Of a DNA stretch of 64,000 nt, positions 35,024-48,707 are shown in pieces; the stretch's first letter is position 1; the number at the start of each line of letters is the position of its first letter. Under the pieces are notes generated by a model that was not told the DNA's origin, made no database searches, and saw only the letters and a list, made by a program, of their open reading frames with translations. Origin of the DNA: Epithemia pelagica (lineage: Eukaryota > Protista > Bacillariophyta); contig OX337237.1 of NCBI GenBank assembly GCA_946965045.2, forward strand, positions 496,001 to 560,000, written 5' to 3'. Both the position numbers and the translations under genes were made by a program.

Positions 35024-36408
35024 TCATATACACAGTATTAGTGACGATCGTGTTATCAGGTTATACTATACTGTGTTTCGAGCTATGGTCCCCTAGACGA
35101 ACTACCATCGACTACTGGCTAAAGACCGCAAGCAACGCATGCGACCAGATGGCGACTACTATGGCGACCGCAATCAAGACGAAGAAGAAAAGACGACTCG
35201 ACCATGATAAACTACGACGACGGAGGAAGATGACCGGACTCCTAAGAGCATTATGCATGGTGACGATTCTTACTTCAACAACTGGATTAGTATCCAACAG
35301 AGCGGCCCATGACGTCGGATTCGATACCGACAGCCGCAAAGTACTCATCGACAACTGTGCCACTGCGTCCATCACCAACGACATCAACGATTGTTGCACG
35401 AAACCAGTCAAGATTAAGCGACGAGTGAAAGGAGTGGCCGGGACGTTCCACCCAGACATTTACGAGACGACGATACGATGGGATATCGAGGACGACGATG
35501 GGAAAATACATACAATCACGCTCCCCCGATCATTCTACATCCCATCAACGCCGACGCGACTCTTGTCTCCACAACACTGGGCTCAAACCGCAAAAGACAA
35601 CAAACCTGTACCGAGAGGGACTCGATGCACAACATATGGTAACAGTATCGAACTCGTGTGGGGACAAGGACACTTCAAACGAACAGTGCCGCTCAACAAG
35701 AAGGGATCAAACGTTGGAGAATTCACAACGGCCCCAGGCTTTACACGATACGAGACGTTCTGCAAGAAAGCGGGCACAACGATCGAACAAGAAGATAACA
35801 AACCACTGTTAGCTCACAACGCGAATCTTATCAAAGACGACGACGAGTCCATCATTGAACGATCTCCAGCAACGGTCGGAGAAGACGAATCGACAGACGA
35901 CGAGAGTATTTTCCAAAACGACAATCTCGACGACGAGGAAATGAGAAGTACTTTCCGAGTAGAGACGTACCGATGACTACAGAATTTCTCATCGGTCCGA
36001 ATGAAACGGTACACGTGATCCCCAACGAAGAAGAACGACTACCCGAGAGTCCAACGCTAGAGTTACTCAGGACTCACCACCGTATGGGACACCTCTCTAT
36101 GGCTAAGATCCAATCAATGGCACGCCAGGGTATACTCCCAAAACGACTGGCTAACTGCAAAATACCTGTTTGTACAGCATGCATGTACGGAAAGGCGACC
36201 AGACGCCCATGGAGAATCAAGGGTCATCGAGGTACATTGGACGTCATGACGTCACCAGGACAATGCGTATCCGTGGATCAAATGATATCCAAGACTCCAG
36301 GGTATATAGCCCACTTACGAGGGACTCCAACACGGGACCGATATAAGGTGGCTACTATCTTTGTGGATCACTATTCAGGTATAGGTTACGTTCACTTGCA
36401 GAGAACTA

Positions 36409-38389
36409 CTCCCTCCTGAAAGAAAATAGTGCACGATTTTAGAAAAAAAACGATATCTCAACGAGCGAACGTCCTTTTTTCCTAAAATTTTTTTCCCTAG
36501 AAAGCTCTACTCATTAGCTCTATATTGGTGTATAACTTATATGTTCGATTCTTGCAAGGGGATGAGATATGACCGTTCAAAAGGCGCCATTTCGAGCTTT
36601 GCTTTTCAGTGCCCACCGGTTGAGACTTCTATGGCGCCTATGAACACGTCCTCTTCAGGGCGGCCCCCCAGGGCATCAAAGTTTAAGGCTCTGCGTGAAA
36701 CAGACAAGATTCGTATTGTTTCGATGCTCAATTCCATGGTCAATCAAGGCACCTTTGGCCATGGTTCCATTGCTTTTGTTGCTCGAGAGATGGGTCTTGG
36801 CAGGTCGACCATAAGTAGGGTTTGGAGTGGCGCGCGCGTCACACGTGCCACAGGCATAATTCACTCGCCTGAATTTTCGAGGAAGTTGAGCGCGCGTGGT
36901 CGAAGGCCTAAGTTTTCACCTTCCACGATTAGATCGAGAGTAAAAGCCCTTCCGTTGATGGCACGGACCACAAGGCAAAATCTCTCCCTCGCGTTGAAGG
37001 TTTCTCACACCACGGTGAACTCGTGGGTGAAAAAAGGCATCCTTCGAAGCCACAGAAACATGTTGAAGCCTACGTTGACTGAACAAAACAAGTTGTCTCG
37101 CCTTCTCATGGCAACCTCCTTTATCAAAGAGAAAGAAGGCAAGGAAGGTGAGTATGAGTATGAGTATGAGGATATGTATGATCTGGTTCATGTGGACGAG
37201 AAGTGGTTCTATCTCTCCCAGGATGGGCAAAGATTTGTGTTGACAGACGATGAAAAAAACCCACATCGCACTGTCAAGCACAAGAGTCATGTCACCAAGG
37301 TGATGTTTCTCTGTGCCATTGCAAGGCCTCGCTTCATCCCCTATCTAAACAAGTGGTGGGATGGCAAGATTGGTATCTGGCCCATTGGTGAGTGGGTTCC
37401 TGCAAAAAGAGATTCTGCAAATCGTCGCAAGGGAACTCCTGTGTGGAAAAACACAAGCATTACAAGAGATGTCTACAGAGCTCTACTGGTTGAAAAGGTG
37501 TTGCCAGGCATTATAGAGAAATGGCCAGTCGAGGACAGGAAGGAAAGGGTGGTAAGGATCCAACAGGATGGTGCAAAATCTCACATCTCTGACGATGACC
37601 CTGAGTTTCTTGAGTTCCTAAAAGATCTGAAGAATGATGGTCAGTTGGATGCCAGTCTGTACACTCAGTCTCCCAATAGTCCAGATACCAATATCTGTGA
37701 CTTGGGGTTCTTCAGGGCCATTCAGAGTGCAAGTTTGATTGTTGGATCGTGCGAAAAGGCTTTGATTGACTCTGTGACAAAGGCTTTTGCTGAGTATCCT
37801 AGAGAAAAACTGAACAGGACCTGGTTGACACTGCAATCCTGTTTCAACAGGATTATTGAAGAAGATGGTGGGAATGACTACCAGATCCCCCACCTGAACA
37901 AGGAGGGTCTGGAGCGCAAAGGTCAGCTCCCTACTGTCTTGGATGTCACAAAGGCATTCGACCCAAACAACAATTTGCATGTAATGGAATAGGAACACTA
38001 ATGCCTAATCCTACTAAATGAATACCTGGCCGACCTCCACTTGATTCAGGAGGCGGCCAGGGGCTACGGCCAATGATTGTCATCATAGGACCCTTAATGG
38101 ATTATTTGTTGTTATGGTTGTGTTGCTCTTGTTGTGTTTTCTCGTGTGGTTGGAAGGAGACGAATGAGTTTTTCTCGCGTTAGGACACGCCGGGTTGTAG
38201 GAACTGAAGCCATGGATCAACCCTGGGGGCACGTGTCACTGGTTTATGTTCATCTACGAAATCAGGGTGGAGTTCGACTCCGAATGAGCCAGCCGTCCTC
38301 CTGTAGGTTTGTACCAGAGCCTACGAGAGTTTTTAACGCGACTAAAATAACCAAAAAAAAATCGTGCACTATTTTCTTTCAGGAGGGAG
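36409..38389 (+). mobile_element. Tc1/mariner DNA transposon related to the DD39D (plant mariner/Stowaway) group, 1981 bp
   Basis: Perfect 32-bp TIRs (CTCCCTCCTGAAAGAAAATAGTGCACGATTTT) and TA TSD (36407-36408, 38390-38391). Removing it restores the integrase frame QRTTSAKD. Confidence 0.97.
36541..37992 (+). CDS. Mariner transposase (intact, up to 483 aa; DD43D spacing)
   Basis: HTH-like N-terminus, VHVDEKWF, IQQDGAKSH and QSPNSPDTNICDLGFF. There are 43 residues between the second and third catalytic Asp. The true start may be the Met at 36631. Confidence 0.92.
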   Translation: MFDSCKGMRYDRSKGAISSFAFQCPPVETSMAPMNTSSSGRPPRASKFKALRETDKIRIVSMLNSMVNQGTFGHGSIAFVAREMGLGRSTISRVWSGARVTRATGIIHSPEFSRKLSARGRRPKFSPSTIRSRVKALPLMARTTRQNLSLALKVSHTTVNSWVKKGILRSHRNMLKPTLTEQNKLSRLLMATSFIKEKEGKEGEYEYEYEDMYDLVHVDEKWFYLSQDGQRFVLTDDEKNPHRTVKHKSHVTKVMFLCAIARPRFIPYLNKWWDGKIGIWPIGEWVPAKRDSANRRKGTPVWKNTSITRDVYRALLVEKVLPGIIEKWPVEDRKERVVRIQQDGAKSHISDDDPEFLEFLKDLKNDGQLDASLYTQSPNSPDTNICDLGFFRAIQSASLIVGSCEKALIDSVTKAFAEYPREKLNRTWLTLQSCFNRIIEEDGGNDYQIPHLNKEGLERKGQLPTVLDVTKAFDPNNNLHVME

Positions 38390-41039
38390 TACATCGGCAA
38401 AAGACACTATAGAAGCTAAAGATCGATTCGAAGCATGGGCCGATACGCATGGAGTTGCAATTCGTCATTACCATGCCGATAACGGTATCTTCGCTGACAA
38501 CAAGTTCCGAGAAGCCGTCCAAGCGAAAGGCCAACGCCTTACCTTCAGCGGGGTCAACGCACACTTCCAGAGCGGTATGGCCGAACGCCGCATTCGGGAC
38601 CTACAAGAATCAGCACGAACCATGCTAATTCATGCACAGAGACGCTGGCCGTCCACCATAACGACGAACCTATGGCCCTACGCCATAAGATACGCCAACG
38701 ACATGTTCAACGAAGCACCTATGAAGAAACAGAAAGACAAAACTCCAATGGAGTTATTCACTGGTTCAACAGTTCGGTTCAATACAAGACTAGCCCATAC
38801 GTTCGGGTGTCCCGCTTACGTGCTTGACAACGATCTCCAGAGTGGAACACCTATCCCGAAATGGTCAGAACGCGCTCGGGTTGGCATTTTCTTGGGATAC
38901 TCTCCGCAACATTCTAGAACCATTGGGCTTATTCTATCACTATCATCCGGATTGACGTCACCTCAGTTCCATGTGCAGTACGACGACGCTTTCGAAACAC
39001 TAAGGGCGAGTTTTGGAGAAGCCCCGCCAGTATCACAATGGCAGTACAAAGTAGGATTTACGAAAAGAGCCCCACGAATGAGGGAGACAGCAAGTGTACC
39101 TCAACTCGGAAGCACAGCGACGTCACCAAGGAGAACAAGAATCGCAAACGACGTGCCGCATGACAACGACGTATCACATAATGAAGAACCGTCCTCGGAC
39201 ACTATGCATCCTACCTTAGATGAGGGAGAAACGCTACCCCAACATGAGGGAGCTAGGCGGTCGCAACGTACAACCCGTCGGACTCAGAGGTATCAGGACT
39301 ATTTGACATCGCTACAAGACGAAAACGACGCCATTGCAGAATTAGCTATCACTGCTAAACCAGCGATTACGGTCAAGACAGCCCAAGCAAACAGTAACCC
39401 AGATGTAATGTACTGGCATGAAGCTATGAAACAGAAGGATCGAGAAGAGTTCATCAAAGCCGCTCAGAAAGAAGTACAAGATCATAGCGACAATGGCCTA
39501 TGGGAAGTTGTCAAAAGGAAGGATATTCCGAAAGGAGCATTGATTTCACGCGGAGTATGGAGCTGTGTTCGAAAACGAAGACTCAAAACAAGAGAAGTCT
39601 ATAAATGGAAATCAAGGCTCGCTTACGACGGGTCTATGCAAGAAAAGGGAGTCAACTACTGGGAAACATATGCCCCAGTTATTCAATGGCCGGTCGTCCG
39701 TTTTGTCTTAACTATGGCACTTACTCAAGGATGGCATATCAAGCAAGTTGATTACGTCTTGGCGTATACGCAAGCAGTGGCGGAGACCGACATGTACATG
39801 GAGGCGCCAAGGAGCTTTACATTCGACACCAAAGGCAATCAACGAGCCGAGGATTACGTGCTCAAAATCAAACAAAATTATTACGGCCAGAAACAAGGAG
39901 CCTGAGTATGGAACCAGCACTTGGTCAAGCGGCTGAAAGACGTGGGTTTCCAACAGAGTGCATATGATGAATGCCTCTTTTACCACGGAAAGTGCGTGTA
40001 CATTTTGTACACTGATGACTCTCTCTTGATGGGCCCAGACCAAGACGAGCTAAACAGGTTGATTGTCACAATGGAAGAAAGTGGATTGAAGATGACGTAC
40101 GAGGACGGAGTAAATGATTTTCTCGGAGTCAACGTTGAAAAGAAAGACGATGGAACCATCCATTTGACCCAACCACATTTGATCGACTCGATCCTCCACG
40201 ACCTTCACTTGGCCGACGAAACAACCAAGACAAAAGACACACCGGCACCCACAACGGTACGACTAAGACAAGATCAGGACGGGAAGCCTTTTGACGGACA
40301 CTTCCATTATCGAGCCGCAATAGGGAAACTGAATTTTCTGGAAAAGAGCACTCGGCCAGATATCAGCTTCGCCGTTCACCAATGTGCAAGATTTTGTGAG
40401 AATCCACGAGCGATTCATGGCAAAGCAGTAAAACACATTGCACGTTACCTTGCTGCCACAAAGAAGAAGGGGATCATCCTCAACCCAGACGAGACACAGT
40501 CGTTCCAAGTCTTCGCAGACGCCGACTTCGCAGGCAATTTCAATAAGCTGGACCAGCCGAATCGGGACATGGCACGATCGAGAACAGGGTTTGCAGTCAT
40601 CTATGCTGGTTGTCCCATCCTGTGGCAATCCAAATTGCAGTCAGAGATCGCATTATCAACAACGGAAGCCGAGATTATAAGCCTCTCGCATGCATTACGT
40701 ACCGTGATCCCATTGATGTCCATCACTCGAGAGATGAAGGAATTGGGTTTCCCAGTACTATCCACAACGCCACAAGTCCACTGCAAGGCATTCGAAGATA
40801 ACAGTGGCGCTGTGGAATTAGCAACAGTACACAAGTATCGCCCTCGAACACGATATCTCTGCACCAAGTTGTTCCACTTCAAATCTTTTGTGGAACGAAA
40901 GGAAATCGAGATCCTCCCATGCGCGACAGACGACCAGACGGCAGATATCTTCACAAAATCTCCTAGTACGACGCCCTTCGAGAAACACCGCAAGAAACTT
41001 CAAGGATGGTAGCATCATCTTTCCCCGTCCGTGAGGGAG

Positions 41040-41512
41040 TGTTCAAAAGATCTACGTAATCGTCCGGGAATGGACCCGGGACTCCCATTCGGAAGTAGGA
41101 GATCGGCCGAAGAAAAGATGAGCATCATTCATCTTGAGAATTTGTCCCTCAAAGGACAAGAACGACGGGCATCCAAACAAGATGCTCACGAACGATACAA
41201 CAAAGACAACGCGTCATCGTCATGAGCGTTTAGAAGTGACAAACCGGCCCAATTCAACTGATACAGGCCAAAAGAATAACTGGCATTGCCTAAAAGGAAC
41301 AACGGCCAAGAACGGGCAGGAGAAACCCATTTAGGAAAACAAGATCGATGGACGATTGAACTATCGCCCAACCATCGACTCAACGCATCAAAAGGAAAGA
41401 CCTCAACGCCTTAGGCTGCAACACGCTAGATTAACCAAATAAACTCACAACTTAACTTCGTTTACACGGGTTGAGCTCTTTCTCTTTTAGCTACGGTAGG
41501 GAGAAAACAACA
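41040..41512 (+). repeat. Copia-2 3' LTR (473 bp)
   Basis: Direct repeat of 33224-33696. Confidence 0.96.
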
Positions 41513-44485
41513 GTTTCCATGAACAAGGCATGGGCGGGAGTGGCCTGACACTCCATGTACTTTTCAAGCCAGGCCGAGGGTCCAATGGCCACGGCCGCAT
41601 TGTCATTGCCATTGTTGCTGCGTCGGGTCAAGGCTTTCCCTGGAGTGGTACTCTTGGTATCGTGGAGATCAAACGCGGTGCCCTGTCTCGCTCGACCCGC
41701 GGCCAAGTCCAAGCTCGTTTGGGCATCTTGTCGACTGCAGTGCGGTTGATGCGGACTCTGAATGACGCGGTGCAACAGGACACGCGTCAAATGACGGAGG
41801 GAATACTTGAACGAATCATCATATCCAGTGGCCTCAATCAAGGTAAAGCGTGTCAAGGCGGCCCGATCTTGGGTCGTTTCCACCATTTCGCAATCCAAGG
41901 CAAAAAGTTTGGGCGCTTGTTGTGGTTGTTGTTGCTCTTGTTATGATTTTTAGTGTGGTTGTGGTTGTTGCAGGCCAAGAGGGTGGTCAAGAGGGTGGTC
42001 AAGTCTTGCACGAGCAATTGGTTGAGGGCTCGGGTCGCTGTATGGACTTCCAGGACCACGACACATTCGACACTGACGGGATTGTGCAAACACAGCCAGG
42101 CCGGGGAAGACCCTTGTATCGAACGACAGATGACGACGAAGCTTAATGGTACGATCGTTTCGTTCCGGGTGCCAATTTGGTGGTATCATTGATCTCGGGT
42201 GGTGTTACTGTTATGGTGGTGGATGTTGGCATGGCGAGGCTGAACAAAATATCTCCATGATGCGATCCTTCGAGCAGACGTCCTTCGGGACAACCACGTC
42301 TCCAATAAAAGGTGGCAGCCACCGTGTCGTCACTATGGTCGTCGTCGTCGTCTGCTGTAGTGGTAGTTGCATCGCCAGGGTCATCTGGTTGCTCTTGTGG
42401 TGGACCACACGGGCGTGAACGACGACGATGCCTCACCAAGGTGCGCCATTCATACAACTCGTGGACCGACACGAGGCCACTGACACTGGCATGTATGGCG
42501 ACGGTGCTCCATCGTTTGCGCAACTTTTTGTATCGACCCTTGTCCTATTTCGTCTACCCATTTTGGTCTATGGTCGTTGTTGGGTTGTGGTGGTTTGGTT
42601 CTTGGTTCCTGGGTGCTGCGGCAGCTTCTATTCCCCCAGCAAGACGTGCGTGTATATGTATTTGTATGTATGTATGAAGGTTGTTGTGGTTGTGGAACAC
42701 AACGTTCTCGGCGGACATTCCAGTCGATGTGGTGGGCGATGCAACATGTTTCTCTTGTCGTGCTCTCGGTTGTTCTCTTCTTGTTCAATCTCTTTGTTGA
42801 TCGGTTCTCTTGTTTGATCTCTTTTGCTACGCAGAATCCAGGTGCTACATGACAATAGGACTACAAAAGTTTCAAGTTTTATGTCATGTTCTGCTCTGTT
42901 GTTTTCTTGTTGCGTGCTTGTTGCCCCGCCCCGTACAGACCAAACGGACTCCTTGCAAATTCTATTTTTCAATTTTCATGGCTGCATCCCATTCCTCCAC
43001 CAGTCTCAACAGACTGCTGGTGCATGCGGAGAGTCTCCCACTCTTGCTGTGAGCCTTTCAAGGACCATTGAACGGAATACCGATGTTCGGACAATCATGG
43101 TTGAAGCCCTGTGTGGTTTCTCGGGAGACATTTTTGTTTCAATTGGCATTGCTGGACGACCTACAATGTGTTTAGCTTGAAAGCAGTGCCTTCACCGAAC
43201 ATCCATCTAGGTAGGGAAGTATGAAACAACTGTAACACATCTCTTTCACGGGTGGCTTGGATCTGTTCTTGGAAGCCAACCGCACATGTACGATGGCGAG
43301 CGACATTTGACTAACAGCAATCATTTATCGCAAGATTTATCAAACTCTCAGTGGCACCCAATCCTTGTTAATTCCCAACAAACCAACAAATTACGTTGAG
43401 CATGAAACGCTCTTTTTCCGTTAGCAGTTGAGCGTCTCTGTGGAGGCCGTTTCCAATCGGTGCGTAAGTTTCGTGCGAACATCTTGGTTGACAAGCTTGA
43501 CTCGTCCATCTGTGACCCTGAACTTACCATATAAGATGCCGTTGCCCAGATATTTGATTTGGCAATGCTCCAGGCAAAGGCGCACAGGGCGACCCTATTT
43601 ATCATTTGTCGTATGCCTCCCCCCAAGCTTTTCACAGCCAGCAATTTCCAGGGATTCAACTTCGCTACAGACCAATATTGTGGTCGGACAAATGCCTCCA
43701 GATTGTTAGCAGGAACAATGAAAATGAACCGATCTTTGTCAAAGACAACAGGTGTGGCTCGTCGTCGACTTGCAATGCTTGCATTTTTTGTCGCTCTTCT
43801 TCCCAAACCTTGGATTCTTCTTCTTCTTTTTGTGCCTTGCGTCCTTTTCCTGCTTCTTCTCGACGTTTTCGTACTTCGGCCGATTTGGTCATGTTGCGAC
43901 TGTGATCGTGACAGGTCCAGCGGAGGCTGCTTTCTTGTTTTTTCCTCTCCTCCTCCACACGGGCAGCGGCAGCCACTGTGGAAAAAGGATCGTGGTTGCT
44001 ACATGCTGTCGTTCGTTCCTTGTCGTCGTAGTCCTCGTCATCCTCTTCATCTTCGGCCTTCGGCATTTATCGGCCTTTCCGGAATCTCTACGAGGACCAA
44101 CTCCACGTTTGTTGAATCGTCCCTTGGCCATGGTGATGCTGTTGCGGGGATTGCTTTCGGTGGATAGAATGGAACGATATCTGATAGCGTTCATCTACCT
44201 GTCGTCGTGGTTGTCGTGACGATGTCGTCCGACAATGGGAGTAACTCGACTTTGTGGCTTTGAATGTCCTGATGACTGTCGTGAGAATGTCGTGATTGTC
44301 GAAAAATGTCGTATTCGCATCGTTAACTCGTACTCAATACTCAATACTAAACTCAGCCGTCCTTCTTGGCGGTTCGATTTTTGTTTCATTTGTGAAAAAC
44401 TCTTGAGACAACCACCGAGAGCGAGTCATTTCTTTGCCATCAATGGTCAACGTTGTATCTTTGGATCCAGAGAAACCGTTCTCCC

Positions 44486-47319
44486 ATGAACCATCCATCT
44501 ATCTACAATAGCGCACGGACTGCGTTACACCACCTGAGAACGAGATGGGTCGGTCCGCGAGATCTGCAGATTCCTTCTTCATCCCGTAAGTTCCAGGCTT
44601 TTTCTCCTTGCGACTGTTGCTGAGAATGTGTACTAGCTAGATAGCCCAAGTCGTACAAAGCTCATGGCGCCTTTCGAACAGGTGCATCTGTAGATGGACC
44701 TTGTATGGAACACCGCTGTTGGACTGTTGCTCCGTATTCCGCCTAGCATTCGAATAGGATTTGTCTTACCCTTTCCCTCACCGCTGTCTTGTGCTCCCTA
44801 GGTAATGCTTTACTGCGGAACCTTTCAAAGGCTTACGTAGCAACCACTGCTAAAATACCTGGAACGAAAGAAGCTAATGTTAGCAAATCACCGAAGGTTC
44901 CGAAGAATAACGAAACCCTCAAATACTACTACGATGAAAAACGGTGGAAAAAGGATAACCTTACGGATGATCAAGAGACAAACTTAAAATATTTTCTTGG
45001 ATGCCCAATTAAGTTATGCAGAGATAACAGTTCTCAGCGTCAGATAATTCAAGAAATGTTGAAGATCGACTTGCCTCACTTTTTAAAGACTGGCGAAGAA
45101 GTCCATCCTCAATCCGTCCCCTTGGACTCTTTGAGAATGGCTCCCTATGACTTTGGATTCAGCCTGCGCCTTGCTCACGACGAGGACCTGAAAGTTTTCT
45201 TGCAAGAATTGGACAAGGTGAGACAATGGCACAAGGATGCCAAAATCCGTGATACATATCTTTCACCGACCTTGACAATAGTGCAATCTAGTGGAACGGG
45301 CAAATCGAGACTGATCACGGAGGCAAAGAAACAACTTGAGACAAATAAGCTTGCATGCCGAACTATTTTACTATCATCGAAGGACCACGCCAACCTTGAA
45401 AAAGATACATTTGATACCTCTTACTGCATTCCTGACACCCTGCCTGGAGAAGATGGTTTGAATAAAGCACGAGATATGTTTCGCAATATGATTTTCCATC
45501 AATGCGCCGAGGCAATTTCAAAATCAAATCCAAATGGGGAACCGAACGAAAATGATCCGACCGAGGTTATTCTGTTTTTCGACGAAGCTCAACACCTGGC
45601 AAAGCACGGCGGCTACTTGTTTCGTGTGCTGCGATGGATTCTTCGAGAGAACCCTGAAATTTCTAATGACAAGAAGAAATATCGAATTGTTGCTGTGTTG
45701 GCGGGTACAACGACGTCATTGACCAATTTTTTCCCCGAAGTTGAGGCACAGTCGTCAGACACGAGAGTTCTTAACACCAAGGGCGCATATTTCGAGAAGG
45801 GGGAAACACCGTTTGACCCGTTCTTCATGTTCCGAACGATGGGATGTCTTGCAAACCACCCCGACGTTAGGACTCCTCAAAGCATGAGTGAAAGTGAATA
45901 CGACAATATGATTCGATATGGTCGTCCCTTGTTCGCAGCAATGCACAAGGAGAAAAGGTTGGGCAATAACGAGATCTTTGAAATTGCCAACAAGATTATC
46001 CTGGGAGATATGACAATGCCTCTGGCGTCTTTTGTCTCAGTGTACTGGGAACTCGTATCCAGATGGGACAGACATCTGTTGCCATGGTGTCAAGACTAGT
46101 CTCCAAAGGCTACGCTCACTTGACATCGTTTCAGCAGGCACCAAAGCGGTCTGACGTACCGTCTAAGGCAACATTTACGTTCTTGCCAGACCCTGTTTGC
46201 GCCCGGATCTGTATGGCACTCATGGACAAGGACTTTGCTATCCAAGGTGGACGGAATGGGAGAGAACGTACGCTTGACGCGACTATCACTGGGAACAAGA
46301 AGACCTTTTGGTCCGCTAAGATGGGCGAGCTTTTTTCGAACAGTATATGCGAGGCCAACAAGGGGGACTACGGCGAAGTGGCATCGGCTTTGTTTTTGTT
46401 GTTTTGCGGAGACATTCTTCGCAAGAAGGCAGACCCTGACTACAAGACGTTTTCAGTTGCCCTGGGTCAATATCTTGAACAGATTGCAAGAAATGCCAAT
46501 GCTACTGAGGATGATGACCCGACGAACGTAGAATCAGGCCATGCGATATCAAATTGTCACGTGAATTTCATACAGTTGTTTCAATATAGATTCCACATTG
46601 CATTGTCCGATCTTGGGCGGTCGGAATTTCTTGAGGGTTTGTACAACAAGGCTTGCGCAGTATACTCTCCAAACAACCGGGAAGCAGTAGATTTGGTGGT
46701 TCCCTGTCGATCAATGGCATCGTCAGGAAGGGTTGAGTACATACCCATCTTTGTGAGTGTAAAGAATCAAGCTGAGGTGTATCCCGCGACGGCGAACGGC
46801 TTCCTGTCTGAATCATTGAAGAAACTTCACTCAGCCGGTATCACAAAAGGTTTGTTGCTCCTGTGTCTCGTTGGACAAGATCGGGAGGATTTGAGACGGT
46901 CAGACTATAACAATGTTCTCGGCAAGAAGAGAACCGATAGCTTGTCCTCATTGAAGTTGGACGATGAGCTAAAGAAAGCCGTATGTAGCAACGTTGACAA
47001 TTTGAGAGAAAAGCTGGTTCCCAAGATGTTTTGCATTCATAAAGACGAATTTGGTATCTATGAGGCTGTTATGGCTTCCAAGTCGCAGAAAGCGTTTCAA
47101 CGAGCCGATGTGTTTACAATGCACCATGAGCTTTTGCATGAGGAACAAAAAGAAAGTGACAAGAACACCCAGTTGCCGTCCTTTGTATCCTCGTTTAGGA
47201 AAGAGCCGAGGGATTTGTATAAGAAAACGTTGGGTTGCGTGAGTAAGTATGCCACGAGACTGACTGATGTGAAGGAATCCAAGCTAGAGAAGTCTCTAGA
47301 GGATGAAGCAAAAGACTAA
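44486..47319 (+). pseudogene. CR-like NTPase-REase copy 5 (module B), frameshifted near 46030
   Basis: gcgtcttttgtctc versus gcgtcttgtctc in the other copies (+2 nt). This could be a sequencing error. Confidence 0.75.
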
Positions 47320-47597
47320 GTAGAGTATTATCGCTGAGTTTTTGTCTTTATTTTTCGTGAAGTGACATTTAGTGAGTTTTGAGTTCGAGCAGTATCCCGC
47401 ATAGGAGGTGACGTACTGGTGTCACTTGAGGGATCGACGAGGCGCACATCCCGCAGTTGCCGCCCCGCAACTCACTCAAAGCGTGCGAGCTGTTCTAAGA
47501 AAAGCTCGATGTTGCCGTTCAGGTTGACATACATTTCTTCCCCATCGCGTCGTACTCATCTTTGGGTCCTCCTGTCTGGACAACGTGGACTGTGTGG

Positions 47598-48707
47598 TCA
47601 TGAAACATCCATGCCAACTGTCCCAATGAGGTGCCACTCATGCGACCATTTGTTTTTCATCGGGATAACCATTCCTCTCATGCCGAACTCATAGTCTTGC
47701 TGGCTTTGGTTTTGCCTCCGCCGACCCACAGGACAAGTCCAAATCGGCACACGTTTCCACGGATTCAGTCAAGGCTTGTTGATCGGCATTCGTCCAGGTC
47801 AAGGTGGTAGTGGCATTGCGTAGAATGCGCCGTCGTTCTTGTTCTTAAGCGACATGCGCATATCCACATTGGAGAGCGACCATCACGACGGTATCCGGGG
47901 CCTCTGCGGTTTGGTCCACAACTTGTTGCAAGACTTGACGTCAGGCGGCTTGTTCCGTGTCATTGCAAACACGGTAGTGTGTCCAAGCCAAGAGAGTTCG
48001 ATTCTTCATCTCTAGATTTATTGTGGTTGGCGACATAGGACAGGACGGTCCGCGCCGTGGTGGAATCCAGGACGGTTTCCATGAACAAGGCATGGGCGGG
48101 AGTGGCCTGACACTCCATGTACTTTTCAAGCCAGGCCGAGGGTCCAATGGCCACGGCCGCATTGTCATTGCCATTGTTGCTGCGTCGGGTCAAGGCTTTC
48201 CCTGGAGTGGTACTCTTGGTATCGTGGAGATCAAACGCGGTGCCCTGTCTCGCTCGACCCGCGGCCAAGTCCAAGCTCGTTTGGGCATCTTGTCGACTGC
48301 AGTGCGGTTGATGCGGACTCTGAATGACGCGGTGCAACAGGACACGCGTCAAATGACGGAGGGAATACTTGAACGAATCATCATATCCAGTGGCCTCAAT
48401 CAAGGTAAAGCGTGTCAAGGCGGCCCGATCTTGGGTCGTTTCCACCATTTCGCAATCCAAGGCAAAAAGTTTGGGCGCTTGTTGTGGTTGTTGTTGCTCT
48501 TGTTACGATTTTTAGTGTGGTTGTGGTTGTTGCAGGCCAAGAGGGTGGTCAAGAGGGTGGTCAAGTCTTGCACGAGCAATTGGTGGAGGGCTCGGGTCGC
48601 TGTATGGACTTCCAGGACCACGACACATGCGACACTGACGGGATTGTGCAAACACAGCCAGGCCGGGGAAGACCCTTGTATCGAACGGCAGATGACGACG
48701 AAGCTTA
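47598..48707 (-). pseudogene. REX1/REXO5-like exonuclease relic (unit 5)
   Basis: Near-identical copy of 2785-3892. Confidence 0.7.

Larger units (their letters stand above)
34975..41012 (+). pseudogene. pol: Copia-2 pol (PR-IN-RT-RH), disrupted by a frameshift near 35960, the mariner insertion and a TGA at 39903-39905
   Basis: PR VLIDNCATAS; IN HHRMGH...CTAC, VDQM, ADNG, MAERRI; RT KSRLAYDG, YTDD; RH FADADF, STTEAE, EDNSGA, ADIFTK. Confidence 0.9.
33224..41512 (+). mobile_element. Copia-2: defective Ty1/copia (CoDi-like) element with a nested mariner, 8289 bp
   Basis: 473-bp TG...CA LTRs, 6-bp TSD GTTTCC (33218-33223 and 41513-41518), PPT gagggag, and gag/PR/IN/RT/RH remnants. Confidence 0.96.
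32741..42145 (-). pseudogene. REX1/REXO5-like relic (unit 4) split by copia-2
   Basis: Unit sequence stops at 33223 and resumes at 41513-41519. Confidence 0.7.

Noticed and set aside
46021-46040. Regulated phase variation at the copy 5 frameshift
   Set aside because: It is a +2 T in a very short T run, seen once. A mutation or sequencing error is the simpler explanation.
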